DNA from: Camelus ferus | Taxonomy: Eukaryota | Length of the DNA stretch: 64,000 nt | Assembly: GCF_009834535.1 (NCBI RefSeq) | Contig: NC_045712.1 | Location: 26,474,001-26,538,000, forward strand | Reading direction: 5' to 3' | Notes under the pieces: generated by a model | Databases searched by the model: none | The model's input: the letters and a program-made list of their open reading frames with translations, nothing else | What the model was told of the DNA's origin: nothing | Shown: positions 36,913 to 49,207 of the stretch, one piece after another | How positions within the stretch are numbered: the first letter of the stretch is position 1 | Layout: each line of letters starts with the position of its first letter | Made by a program: the position numbers and the translations under genes

Positions 36913-37798
36913 TGAAGACTTAAACAGATATTTCCCCAATGAAGACATACAGATGGCCAATAGTCACGTGCAAAGATTCTCAATATGGCTAATTATCAGA
37001 TAAATGCAAATCAAAGCTACAGCAAGGTATCAACTCATACTGGTCAGAATGGCCATTATTAAAATGCTGGAGAGGGTCTAGGGAAAAGGGAACCCTCCTA
37101 CATTGTTGATGGGAGTGTAATTTTGTGAAACTGTGATTGAAAACAGTGGAGACCTTTAAAAACTAAAGATAGACTCACTGTATAATCCAGCAACCCTGGG
37201 CATATATCCAGAGGAAACTCTAATTCGAAAAGATACCTGCACCCCAATGTTCATAGCAGCACTGTTTACAATAGCCACGACATGGAAACAGCCTAAATGT
37301 CCATCGACTGGATAAAGAGGCTGTCGTATTTATATACAGTGGAATACTACTCAGCCATAAGAAAGAATAAAATAATGCCTTTTGCAGCGACATGGATGGA
37401 CCCAGACATTATCATACTAAGTGAATAAGCCAGGAAGAGAAAGACAAAAACTACATGATATCACTCATATGTGGACTTTTTAAACGACACAAATGAACTT
37501 ATTTACAAAACAGAAACACACTCACAGACATAGACAACAAACTTATGGCTACCAGGAGTGGGAAAGGGGTGGGGAGGGATAAACTGGGAGTTCAGGATTA
37601 GCAGATGCTACTATATGTAAAATAGACACACAAGGTCCTACTGTATAGCACAGAGAACTATATTGACTATCCTGTAAAAACCTGTACTGAAGAAGAATAT
37701 GAAAAGAAATACATACATGTATAACTGAATCACTATGCTGTATGCCAGAAACTAACACAACGCTGTAACTCAACAATACTTCAATAAAAAAAATGAAT
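36913..37798 (+). mobile_element. 5'-truncated L1 (cetartiodactyl-type 3' end) with target-site duplication
   Basis: ORF2 3' remnant (gaagacttaaacagatatttcc...), L1 3'UTR with G-rich tract and A-rich tail. 15-bp TSD AAAAATGTC(T/G)TGTCC at 36898-36912 and 37799-37813. Confidence 0.9.
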
Positions 37799-40599
37799 AA
37801 AAATGTCGTGTCCCCAGACCCCACTATCTTGTCCTGCTGTCCTGCCTCCCAAAACCAAGCCCGAGATTCCCCACAACCAAGCCTGAGATCGGATCACCCG
37901 CATCGTGACCCCAATGTGTTTTCTCTCACACTCAAGGCCCTATAAGCTGGCCAGCCGTCGCTGGATCCAAAACCCATGCTGACGCGCTGTCTTTATTTAC
38001 ACAGGCTCTGGGCTTCCCTCTGTCCTCCCGCAACCGCCTCCTGCCCCATTCTCTGCTGGTGTCGCTCTCCTGAGTCCCCTCCTGCCACCTTGTTTCCTCT
38101 TTTTTCTCCGTCTCCTCCCAGGACCCTCTTCGTAATACACAGGGCTTGCACAGGTGCACCCAGATGGCTTCTCCTCGCAGTCCTCACACATTCCTGGGCA
38201 CATCCCTTCCTCAGATACCAGTTACCAGGGACACACATCACTGGTCTGTGTCTCTGAGTCAAGACTCCTGTGAACACCCCTGGCTGTCCGCACAGGGCTG
38301 TCTGGGGCTGTCGGCTGGGAGCCCCCACGGGAGCCCTGAGCTGGCAGCCTGGGAGCCCCCACTGGCTCCTTCTTCCTCTGAGGGCCCTCCCTGTCCCCCC
38401 GTCACCCCTGCCCTGTCCTGCCACCACCCCCTCTCCTCTGAAGTGTAGTGACAACCTCCAGACTCCACCGTCTCTGGTTCCAGGCTCTTCTAGAAATCAA
38501 TTCTCCTTCCACATTGTGTCTGGGGGCTCCATCAAATTGCCGATTTGGCCATTTTACCCCCTGCCTTCAGCAGCTCACACACCTCCTCCCGGCATCAGGG
38601 TCTGAACCTTGATGCTTCCCACGGTCCTCACTCGCTGCCCCGCATGCTCAGGTCAGGCTGCCACGTGCACCCCGACCTCTCAGGCCTGTCTCGAGCTCTT
38701 TCCCTTCCTCCCGACTCTGCACCTGATCCCTCTGCTTGCTGTGACCTTCCACCATGTGAAGCCTTGTCTGACCTTCAACCAGAGAAACAGCAACTCCTAT
38801 CTTGGCTCCCACAGCCTCAGGAAGTCTGTTCTGACTTGTCCCCAAGTGACCCCTTCTCCAGGGCTCTGAGGTGGCCAGTGTGGGAGGACAAGGGAGCTCA
38901 GCTGGGAGAATGAATGAGCCAATGTGTTACAGTGGCCCAGAGACCATGACACAAGTTCTAATCCAGTCTCCCATGGAATGACTGGGGTACCAATTGGCCT
39001 CAGGTGACCTGTGGGATTCTCGGTGTTTGGCTGGGGCAAGTCAGAAGGCGATAGTCTGGACAGATGGCCCTGGTTGCACTCTCAGCCATGGAGAAGGAAG
39101 GAGAGAGGGGCTTCTGTGCAACCTGGTAACACAGTCCAGGTGTTGCCCCAGTGGCCTCTTGGTCAAGCTGTATCATTTTCCCAAGTCAGAGTTGGAAAAG
39201 GAGGTGATTACAGGAGAAAATAACTAGCAATAGCCACGGTGACCAGGTATCAGGTCCCCCTGAAATCCTCCCTGTGCTTTCCTGCCTCTGCACCTTTGTG
39301 TTTCCTAAACCTTAGGACTGAGGTCCCCTTCCCCATCCTTCCATGGGGACAGGTGGCTGATCAAGGATGAGGTCTGATAGAGGAGTCAACCCACGGAAAG
39401 AAGTTGGGACCAAAGAGACCAGGATTGATGGTCCAGAAACAGCATCTCTTATTATCAACAGGGCAGAAAGCGGCCCCCGAGGGCTCGATGGGTCCTTAGA
39501 CTCTGGAGTCCAGCAGACATGTGTCTGATCATTGGTTGGCCTCTTATCAGCTGTGACTTCTTTGGGAAAACTCTGCCCTGGTGGGAACTCGCAGCAGCAA
39601 TGAGTGGGAGCCCAGCTCTCATTGTCTCAGACACAACTGAGAAGCCCACACGGGGAGCGGGAGGGTGAGCTGTAGACAGGCGCATCTGGGCACTGCCTCC
39701 ATTTCCTGCATTCCCTGGCTGAGTTCTTGCTTAGACAGCGAGAGGAGCAGGGTGAGAGGGAAGGGGGTCTAAGGAGCCGGGTCAGGACTGGGAGGGTCTC
39801 CAAGGTCACAGTAGCTGTGCCTCGAGATGGTCAGGCTAGGCCTTGGGTTCTCTCCTAACGTTCCCCCCAACCCAACAGAGGACACCCCAGCCAAGAGGTG
39901 GGAGCAGACGGTCCTGCTGGAGCTGGTAAGGGTGTGTTTCCACCGCCTGGCACCCTACGTGGGTTCCCTCCTTTCCCATCCCCCTCTATTTCCCATCCCA
40001 GTCTGGTTGAGGCAGACATCCCATCCTGCAGTTAAAACCCCCAACTGGAAAAAGCACAGTCTCACCTGTGTTTAGACACTTCCTTATCCCAGCCCCAAGC
40101 CCTGGACTTCAAAATGGTACAAGAGAAGGAGCCAGGGTCAGGGCTGAGCGACCTGTCCTCTGGTCCTGCCTTCTGCCCAACCTGGGGAGCACATACGTGA
40201 CCTTAAACCAGACCTTCACCAACTGCACCTCTTTCTCCTGGTTTGTAAAATGGGAGATTTCTTACACATGCATGGGAGGCCCTCTTCTCCTCCATAGAGA
40301 AACTCCTCCCATACGAACTTGGACATGAGGATCAGAGTCCCAGTCTCTACAGAGCCTTCCAGACTCCTGGGGGAAAGAGGGACAGCAGCCATCCACTCCA
40401 TAGCCACCCCCAGGACATGCTCACATGGAGAGCCTGCCACAGCACAGGCCATTGTCGGCGTCCCCCTGAAGTCCCACTTGTCGGGAGCCTCACTCACGTG
40501 CATGGGGAGGAAGAAACCATGGTGCTTCCTTGTATCTTTGTTGGGCCGAGTTGGGGAACTAGAAACCCTTGAGACACGTATTGGTGCGAATGCTATGTC

Positions 40600-41340
40600 C
40601 ACCATATGGACTACAGTGCAGCCGTTTCAAAAAATGAGCTGGCAACTACCCAAATATCCTTCACAAGTAAAAGAATAAGCGTATTCTGGTATATTTATAC
40701 AGCGGACTACAACTTAGCAACAAAATATGAACGAAGATAATTACACACAATAACACGGAGGATTCTCACAAACATGTTGCATGAAGAAATTACCTGAAAA
40801 GCGTATATACGGTATGGTTCTATTTTCTACACATTTCAAAATCTGGCATCACTGATCTGTGGCGTTCAAAGTCGGGGTCATGGTTAAGGGTAGAAGGGGG
40901 AGGAGACTTCTGGGTGCTGATTACACTTTGGCGTTCACATAGCAAGCACTCAGCAAGCTGTCCATTTATCAGTGGTGTGTTTTTCTTATGTAGTTGTAAT
41001 ATTTCAATTGAAGGTTTTAAAACTAGAAAGTTGCCAGATGTATCTTTAAGGGGAAAAGGCCAATTGCAAAATAAACGTACTAACTGATTCCATTTATGTA
41101 AACATCAGTCACCATAAAGCAAGACACGGTATCTTTATGTGCCTATATGTATATACATGTCTAGAAAAAACATCAGAACAGACACTCACACGATTGATGA
41201 ATGGAGGTTGTTTCTAATGTGGAGATTGTGATGCGTGAGGCAGGAAAGCAAGTTGTCAAAAGGAGTGTATTTGTACTAGGATTGCTTGAATATTTTATAA
41301 GGAGGATATGTCCCTTAACAACGCTTACAATTAAAAAGAA
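40600..41340 (+). mobile_element. Old L1 (L1M-type) 3' fragment; mirrored at about 55750-56490
   Basis: Degenerate L1M 3'UTR motifs (TATATACGGTATGGTTCTATTTT...AAAATCTGGC...ACTGATCTGTGG). Confidence 0.5.
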
Positions 41341-43536
41341 GTGGGTGAGGAGGGAGGAGGAGCAGGAGGAGGAGGCACGATGGGTGTAGGACTCCGTGGG
41401 CCCAGGTGCTCTTCACAGTGTTGTCACTATGACAACCCCAGAAGCAGGTTTTGCCTTGGCGATGGGAAGGGTCCCAGAGCTGCTCTGAGAGCAGTTACCA
41501 AACTCAGTGAGATGGGGCTGGAGAGAGGAGGGCATCTCCCCTCCTCTCCATAGAAAATCTCTCCCCAGTGGACGTGACCTCCAAGCAGGGGATGCCTTGC
41601 TCAGCAGGGACAGTCACCGTTCATTTACCTATTTCAGGGCCAGTGAGGGCGAATGTCCACAACTGTGGCCCCAGTTAGAACCACTAGGGAGGCACAGACA
41701 GAGTGAACAAGATAAATTTTGGGGGCTGTCTTCCGGGGCAAGCATCACAGCCCACAACCCTGCCCACTGAGCACAGGGACCTTCTTCATGCACAGGTGTA
41801 AACGGATGTCTTGGAGGCTGAACAGCTGCAGCGGCCAAACCCACACAACAACCTTGAACTTAGCTCATTCTGAGAATGGGCTCAGACCTGGGCCCCGCCT
41901 CTGCCCCAGCACTCTGCCCTCCCACAGCTCCCAGGGGCCAGCGGGCCAGGCAGAGTGAGGAGTTCCGCTCCTCCCTCCGCAGCAACCTAATAACGGGGGT
42001 TATGACAGACCGATTCCTTCGCACACACTCCCAGTTTCAGCCCTTACCGCGCTCCAGCCCTCTCAGGCGGTCCCCACACTGCCAATCCCAGACCACTCCT
42101 AGGGTCTGCCCTCGGAAGCCTGAGCCTCAGCACCCATCCCCAACAGGGCCCCCAGCCCCCACAGCACCTGCAGGCTCCTGTCTGGGGCTGGGGGGCTCAG
42201 TGACGTGGTTCAGATCCTCCCCCGGTCTCTGTTCTGCCTGTCGCAATGAAGTACCCAGCGGCAGACAGAAGGAATTCCCTTAGTTTCCTCTGTAGAACCT
42301 CACTCAACCTGGGGTGACGTAGAGTGAGAAGCATGGGTTCCTCTAACCTGCCTGAAATCAGCCCCAACTGCTCCCCAAGAACAGACGAGCCTGACAGATT
42401 ACAGAGCACGTGCTCTGCGCGGTCCCGCCCGCTGTCCCTCTGACACACGGGGCTCTGTGTGTTGGTGCAGGTTGGCCCAGGAGCAGAGCTCAGGCCAGCA
42501 TTCAAGAGGAAGCAGGTGCTCTGGGAGGCGATTCCTTTGAAGCACCAGCAGAAAAATAGAGAAGTGAGACCGGGCAGAATCGACATCAGAAGAGGACAAG
42601 TCAATAGACAGGTCACTGAAGTGGGGACAGGGGCTCCACCCAGCTGGGGACCTCAGGGAGGGGGGACACATCTGGGAGTGGGCCCCCCAAGGAGTGAGGA
42701 ACAGAAGAGACGTTTCCACCAATGAGGGAAAAGTCCCAGCGATGGTTGGTTGAGGCTGCTCCCGGGACTGCCGCCTCCCCCGTGATTCCAGTCTGCCCCC
42801 CAACAAAGGTCAGCTACAGAGTGGGGAGTGGGCAGGACAGGGACAGTGTCTGAAACCCCCAGGCAAACAGACATGTGGCCTGTGTGTCACTGTGTGTGTC
42901 TCTCACTCAGGCAGAGCCCTTCACCCCGATGAGCAGGAGGCTTGCTTCTAATGGTGCCAATTGTGGTACCATTGCATCCCTAAACACAAGCCCACACCTG
43001 AAATCTGAGACCCCGCAGAAGAAAGACTGATGTGTCTCAATGCCCAGAGCAAAGCCCAGGAGCGGGGTGCGTGGGCTCTTACAGAGTTCAGATTGTGAGG
43101 GAAGTGGAACCATCTGGGCACTGTACTTACAGGCTGAACCTAGAGCCCGACAGCAGGAGACTGAGCTGTGTCTCCCCAAGTGATTAACAAGCCACCTGGT
43201 CCTCCTGGACTGTCACCTCCATACCAGCAGGAACAGCATCCCCAGCATCACTGCACACAGACTAGGTCTCCTTAAGCCCCTACTTGGTGGAGGAGGAGGA
43301 GGGCAGGGGAATGTGAAGGGCATGGGGTTCCTGGGAATGGAGCCCTATCCTGTCCCTCCCGGCCCTGCTGCCTCCCCCCGCCATCCTGGAAGGAACAGCT
43401 GCCACACCCATCTCTGTGTTCACGGAAGTGACCACACACGCACACACACACACACACACACACAAGAGGGCAATGGGGGATAATGACCCCAGGTAAGAGT
43501 AGGACAAGAGACAGGTGAATTTGAAATTCATAAGAA

Positions 43537-43542
43537 TTTATT
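43537..43542 (-). terminator. Poly(A) signal, gene B
   Basis: AATAAA about 50 nt after the stop. Confidence 0.7.
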
Positions 43543-43589
43543 TTTCAGAGTTTGAACAACTGAGCCAGAGTTAGGTGATCATTAGGACT

Positions 43590-45476
43590 CTACCCTGGGC
43601 GAATTTTATCACCAATGTATCCGATTACTTTGCCAACCTTATCTCGAACCCAGTTCACACCGTCATGGAAGAAATCACGAATCCGGCCAAATAACCCGAC
43701 ACTCTGGAGCTGTGCAGCAGAAAGAAACAGGATTCTCATGAGGATTGACTTAGGGAAAAGACCAGATCCCTCCCCACCTGAAAATCTTCCATCTTGGAAC
43801 ACCGAAGGAGAGTTAAGGCACCATTTGACCTCCTTGTCTGTGTCACTTGGAGCACGTGGTTGAATCATCTCTCCCACAGACAGATGAGGACCAAGGTCCA
43901 GAGATGACAGGGGGCTTCCCAGGGGCACAAACCCATCTCAGAAAAGCTGGACGGGAGCAGGGGCAGAAAGGTCCTGTCTGTAGTCAGTGCCTCTCAAGCT
44001 TCAGCACACTCAGAAATCCTCAGAAGGGCTCTTAAAATAGAAATTATTGGGATCCACCACACAATGATTCCGTATTTCTGAGTCAGGCCTGAGAATCAGC
44101 CTTTTTCTCTAGTTGCCAAGAGGGGAGCCCACTGAGAGAACCACTGCTCTAAGGGACTGCAGAGCCCGGCCTGGAGACCTGGGGCTCCGGTGAGGGAGAC
44201 CCAGGGAAGGAGGGCTCTCCTGCCACTACAGGGATGGCACAGAGGGGAATTGGTCCAAAGGCTGTTCCACACACCACCTCCATCAGTAGCCCCTGCAGCC
44301 CAGAAGGGATCACTCACCTCATTACATGTTATATCGAAGTTGTCCCTGAGCTGGTACAGGTTGACTGTCCCCACACACTGTTTCACCACCTGGAAGGGGA
44401 GACTCCAGGTCACACTGGAACCCCTGAGCCATAAACACCCCTCCTCACCCCAGGGGCTGCTAACCACCACCCGCCCCAAGCCTTCTGTTCGGGTCTTGGG
44501 AGCGACCCACCAGGGCCCTAAGCCCCCAGCCTCACCCCATTCTCCTTGAAGTCACACTGCTCCGGTGGCAGCAGTGTCTCCTGGGGACACACGGTCTCCT
44601 TCACCGTGAAGCTCACAGGCTTTGGGGCATCTAGGTCCTCGTCCTGCTGAAGGATCAAAGTGGGGAGACTGGCTCAGGCTCATGCTTCTATGTGTGACCT
44701 GTGTCCCTGCCCCCAGCAGGACAAGCCCCTTTGAGAGCCTGTCCCATGTGCCTGGCCCCGGGTTGGGAGCTGGGCGCAGAGGGGAGGAGGACACAGCCTG
44801 GTCCTGGGCTCCCAGGCACACAGGGAGCAGGAGGGGACCTCAGACCCGCTCTCCTGAGGGGCAGCTCCCCTTGGAGGGGCTGAGGGCAGTCATGGGACAC
44901 CTGCAAGAAAAGACCTTGTCACCGGAACCCCAGGGCTGAGCACAGCCCTTCTCTGGTGGGGACACAATGGAGTGCACAGGGTACTGGAAGCAAGTAAGTC
45001 ACATCCCAGAGCCAGTGACCCCGGCATATCCCCTAGAACCCCCAGGAGTCCCTGGAGCCTGAGAGGGCTGTCAGGGCTCTGTTCCCACAGCAGAGATGCC
45101 AGGCAGAAGGCTCTCACAACGGGAGGGGACCCAGCTCTGGGAGGATTTCTGTAGAGGTGGGATCCCACTTAGAGGGAGTGGTGCCTTCCTGACAGGAGGT
45201 ACAGCGCGAGCAAAGGGAGGGACAGTGTGGCCAAGCCTGGCGGGAGACACCTCCCTCCCCAGCCCCTCCCCGACTCACAGCCTTGGGCGGCAGGTCCAGC
45301 TCCAGGAGGCGGTAGAGATTGGGGTCTGAGGACTGCTCATTGAGGCGATCCACAGCTCGAAGCACCGCCTCCCTATAGCTCAGGGCCTGGGCGCTGGCCC
45401 AAGTCACCGTTAGTCCCAGCAGCAGTAGCCACAGTGACGAGCGGCCCAGGGAGAGGCTGGCCCTCTGGGTCTCCAT
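43590..45476 (-). CDS. Cathelicidin gene B (CAMP/CATHL family), 165-aa precursor with alpha-helical PMAP-37/BMAP-34-like peptide; exons 45476-45279, 44643-44536, 44389-44318, 43709-43590
   Basis: 198/108/72/120-nt exons, all GT-AG, open frame, four cathelin Cys. Exon 4 LQSV|[35 protein letters not shown] has a terminal Gly (amidation donor). Confidence 0.95.
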
Positions 45477-45516
45477 GGTCCCCGAGTCTGCCTCCTCCCA
45501 GCCCACAGGACCCTCC

Positions 45517-45551
45517 TTTATGCTCAGCCTGGGCCTGATGCAATTGCTCAA
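45517..45551 (-). promoter_or_regulatory. Cathelicidin B proximal promoter module (C/EBP + TATA-like)
   Basis: Identical TTGAGCAATTGCATCA...CATAAA module. Confidence 0.65.
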
Positions 45552-48500
45552 GCAGGAGCCTTCCCCACCTGCCCCATCCCTGCCCCCGGCCAGGGTGTGA
45601 GCTGGACTTGCCTCAGGACCTGCTCTTGCCTCAGGGGATTGCTGGGCAGTGGGTGAGGTCTGCCTCCTGTGCAAGGTGAAGAAATGGTTTCTCCATCTCC
45701 CTCACAACATTTTGGCCTCTTCTGGGCCCCGTGGGGAGTTTCATGGGCAGGGTTGCTCCAGAAGGATGAGTCCTCCAGGAGACGGAGGGACCAGGCTGTG
45801 TCCTACACCCTCTCGGCCTCCTCACTGTGACCTCCTCTGAATCAGGCTGAAAGAGTGTATTCACCACACAACCTCCAGCTCCTGGTTCTCCTGGTCCCCA
45901 ACAGGCACTCAGTTAACATATGATAAATAGATGGCAGGACCACCCCCATCTAGTGCCTTTCACACCCATCCACTCCCTAGGCAGACATCAGGGCCACACC
46001 GTCCTATTCTACGGACCCAGGCCTCAGCCAGTCAGGGCATCTCCTCTACTGTCCCCTCTTCTGGATTCTTCTCCTTTGCCTTCTTCACTCTAAAAATGTC
46101 CTGTCCCAGCCCCTTCCAGATGCACACTGTTCCCCTTACCCAGACAGCCAGTAAGAGAAGGCTCATCTACACTCTGACCCCACTATTTGTCCTCTTTCAA
46201 CTCAAGGTCCATGCCTGCTTAACAGCTTTCGAATGATACAACGGCCATGCTGAAGCCTTGTCCTTGCCTTCACAGGTGCCAGGGACCCCTCTGTCTACTG
46301 AAACTGCCCCCTCCCCCATTCTCCCCTGGGACCACCTTCCTGGGTCCACTTCCTGGCCTCCCGGGTGCCTCCTGCTCTGTCTAATCTAAGTACTCAACTT
46401 TTAATAAAACTTTTACTGCAGGGCTTGCACACGTGATCTGTACAGCTTCTCAAAGCAGTTCTCATGCATTCTGGGCACATCCCTTCCTCAGATACTAGTT
46501 ATCAGGGACACACATCACTGGTCTGTGGGTCCGAGGCAACACTCCTGTGAACACCCCTGGTTGTCAGCACAGGGCTGTCTGGGGCTGTTGGCTAGGAGCC
46601 CTCACGGGAGCCCTGAGCTGAGAGCCTGGGAACCCCCACCTGCTCCTTCTCTGAGGGCCCTCCCTGTCCCCACTGTCACCCCTGCCCTGTCCTACCACCA
46701 TCTCCTCTCCTCTGAAGTGTAGCCACAACCTCCAGACTCCACCTTTTCTGGTTCCAGGCTCTTCCCACACCACAGCCCAGTGTTCCCTGCCATTGTCCAG
46801 GGGTCCATCAAACCTCCCGCCTTGAGTCAGGGGCTCAGGGTCTGGATCAGGTTGTCCTCAGGTGCTCACCTGCAAAACCCTGTGTCAGGCCGCCAAGTCC
46901 ACCCCAACCTCTCAGGCCCCTCGGAGCCTCTGCTCTTCTCATATCGCTACACCTGATCCCTCTGACTGCCGTGACTTTTCAGTTTTGTGAAGCCTTATCT
47001 GACCTTCAACCAGAGAAAACAGCAACTCCCCATCTTAGCTCCCACAGCCTCACAAAGTCTCTTCTGACTTGTCCCCAAGGTACTCCCTCTCCAGGGCTCA
47101 GGTTGAGACACCAGGATGGAGTGGCCAGAGAGGGAGGAGGAGGGGGTCCAGCTGGGAAAGTGAATGAGCCGATGTGTTAGAGGATCCCAGAGACCAGATG
47201 CCAATTCTAATCCAGTGTCCCATGGAATGGCCCTGAGACTGAAGGCCTGGGATAGGCCATGGCCACCTGTGACCTGGGGACTCTGGGCAACGGAATGGGG
47301 CACCTCAGAAGGTAACAGCCTGGTCGGATGTGCTGGTTTCGCACTCACCCTTCGAAAAGGAAGGAGAGAGGGGCTTCTGTGCAACCTGGTGTCACAGTCC
47401 GGGTGTTGCCCCAGTGGCCTCTTGGTCAAGCTGTATCCTTTTCCCAAGAAGGAGGAAGAAAAGGAGGTGATTGCAGTAGAAAATAACTAGCAAAACCCAC
47501 GGTGACCGGGTATCAGATCCCCTTGAAATCCTCTCTGTGCTTTCCTGCCTCTGCACCTTTGCGTTTGCTCAGACTTTGGACCGCAGTCTGGGTCCTTGGA
47601 ATGTTGCCTGTCAGGTCCTCAGACTACAACTGCCTGGATGGGGGTGTGCTGTCCCTGCCTCTAGCATCTGGCTTTCCTGGTTTGTCCTCATAGCCTGTCA
47701 GAGCAGACGTGTTCTCAGGAAAGGCTCCTCTGCCCTTGTCCCCAGGTTGGTTGGCCCCTGACTCCACATCTGATCCTTGAGAAACCCTCATGCACCCGTC
47801 GTGCCAACAACCTCAGGGAATGAGCCCTGATCTGCACGGCCCGCCTGCTTTTCTCCTCCCAACCATCCTTCCTGTCTGTGAGACTCCAGAGGCTCCAGAG
47901 CAATGGAACTGGACCAGAACCCCAAACTGTGCCCCTAACCTTGGAAATATCCACCAGCTCTGACTGCCCATTTGATGAGGAAAATGAGACCCATGGGCTA
48001 CGTCATTCCATCAAGGACCTCCTACTCAAAAAATGACAGACTGGGGACATGGAGTCATGCCCCTCAATGACCCACCACCTGTCCTTTTCACAGGGACAAG
48101 GGGAAGGTTTCAGGCCCTGCCCCCTGCCCCCTGCCCTCTGCAGGGACCTGCGATGGCAGCCATGGTGCTGTGAAGGCAGGGATTTGGGTCGAGGGTGAGG
48201 GTCAGGACCCTCCTCTCAGGGTCAGCTTCCTCTTTCCCATGGACCAATTCAGCTGAAACTAGAAGCTGAAAGAGAACTACGAGGTTAAGTCATCCTGGAA
48301 AAGACAGCAGAAGGCATTTAGTGTCTGCAGGCGTGTCTGGGCGCCTACAGGATCGTCACCTGCCAGGACCCACTTATCGGTCAGCACACTAGGCAGCGGT
48401 CCTAGCCCCTGAGACATCTAGGGATCCACAGAAAGTTTTACTTTAATTGTTTAAAATCACAGATGAAAACACTGACATATTGATGAATACATAAGATGAA

Positions 48501-49107
48501 AAGCAGCTTAGGTTATATTCATGTTTTATATGAATGCAGTTGTATAATACAAGTTTTAAGAGTATTTTGTGAATGAAGAGGCCCAGGAAGATAGAAGTTC
48601 CAGGGCCTGAAAAGTCCCAGTGTACCCCTGTCTCCCTTGTCAGCATCCTTCCCTGCTCTGGTGGGTAGGCACAGGGGCAGAGTGACACCAGGAGAACAGG
48701 GGGTGCGAATGGGGCACAAGGAACCCCCACTCTCGGGCGGAAGCTAGAGAGTCCATGGGGCTGGGGAACAGGACTCGGGATGTGACTGGCACGGGCATCC
48801 CTCAGTCGGAGCACAGCAAGCCTGGAGGCCCCCCAGTGTGTCAGCTGCTGACTAGTAAGGACCAGACGCTAAAGGCTCGTGCAGACGGGCCAGTTCTGCT
48901 CGCTCAGGACAGAATGACATGTATTTCCCTCCTGCTGTTCTGATGGGGATTCCAAGTGTCTCTCTGGGTCCCTGCTCCGACACACGAGCCAGATCTGTGC
49001 CGTGAGATGGACCCAGACTAACTATGGTCTCCTAGACTCCATCAGCCTCCGCCTCAGATTCAGCCCCTATGTGGTACTCGACCTTGTTTTTCGAGCTAAG
49101 CCATTGA

Positions 49108-49207
49108 NNNNNNNNNNNNNNNNNNNNNNNNNNNNNNNNNNNNNNNNNNNNNNNNNNNNNNNNNNNNNNNNNNNNNNNNNNNNNNNNNNNNNNNNNNNNN
49201 NNNNNNN
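49108..49207. other. 100-N assembly gap near the centre of the inverted duplication
   Basis: Exactly 100 Ns, the usual convention for a gap of unknown size. Confidence 0.95.

Larger units (their letters stand above)
33073..47930. repeat. Left arm of ~14.9-kb inverted segmental duplication (itself two tandem ~9.2-kb cathelicidin units, junction near 42.28 kb)
   Basis: The reverse complement of 49208-64000 aligns by eye from 47930 down to 33073. Mirror ORFs in the track are identical (e.g. 39827-40075 versus 57018-57266). 33.06-34.0 kb repeats at 42.29-43.2 kb, and 38.2-39.3 kb at 46.4-47.6 kb. Confidence 0.92.

Noticed and set aside
38146-42283. Many 60-150-aa ORFs exactly mirrored in the right arm
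   Set aside because: Their conservation is explained by the near-identical duplication; no splice structure or recognisable domains.
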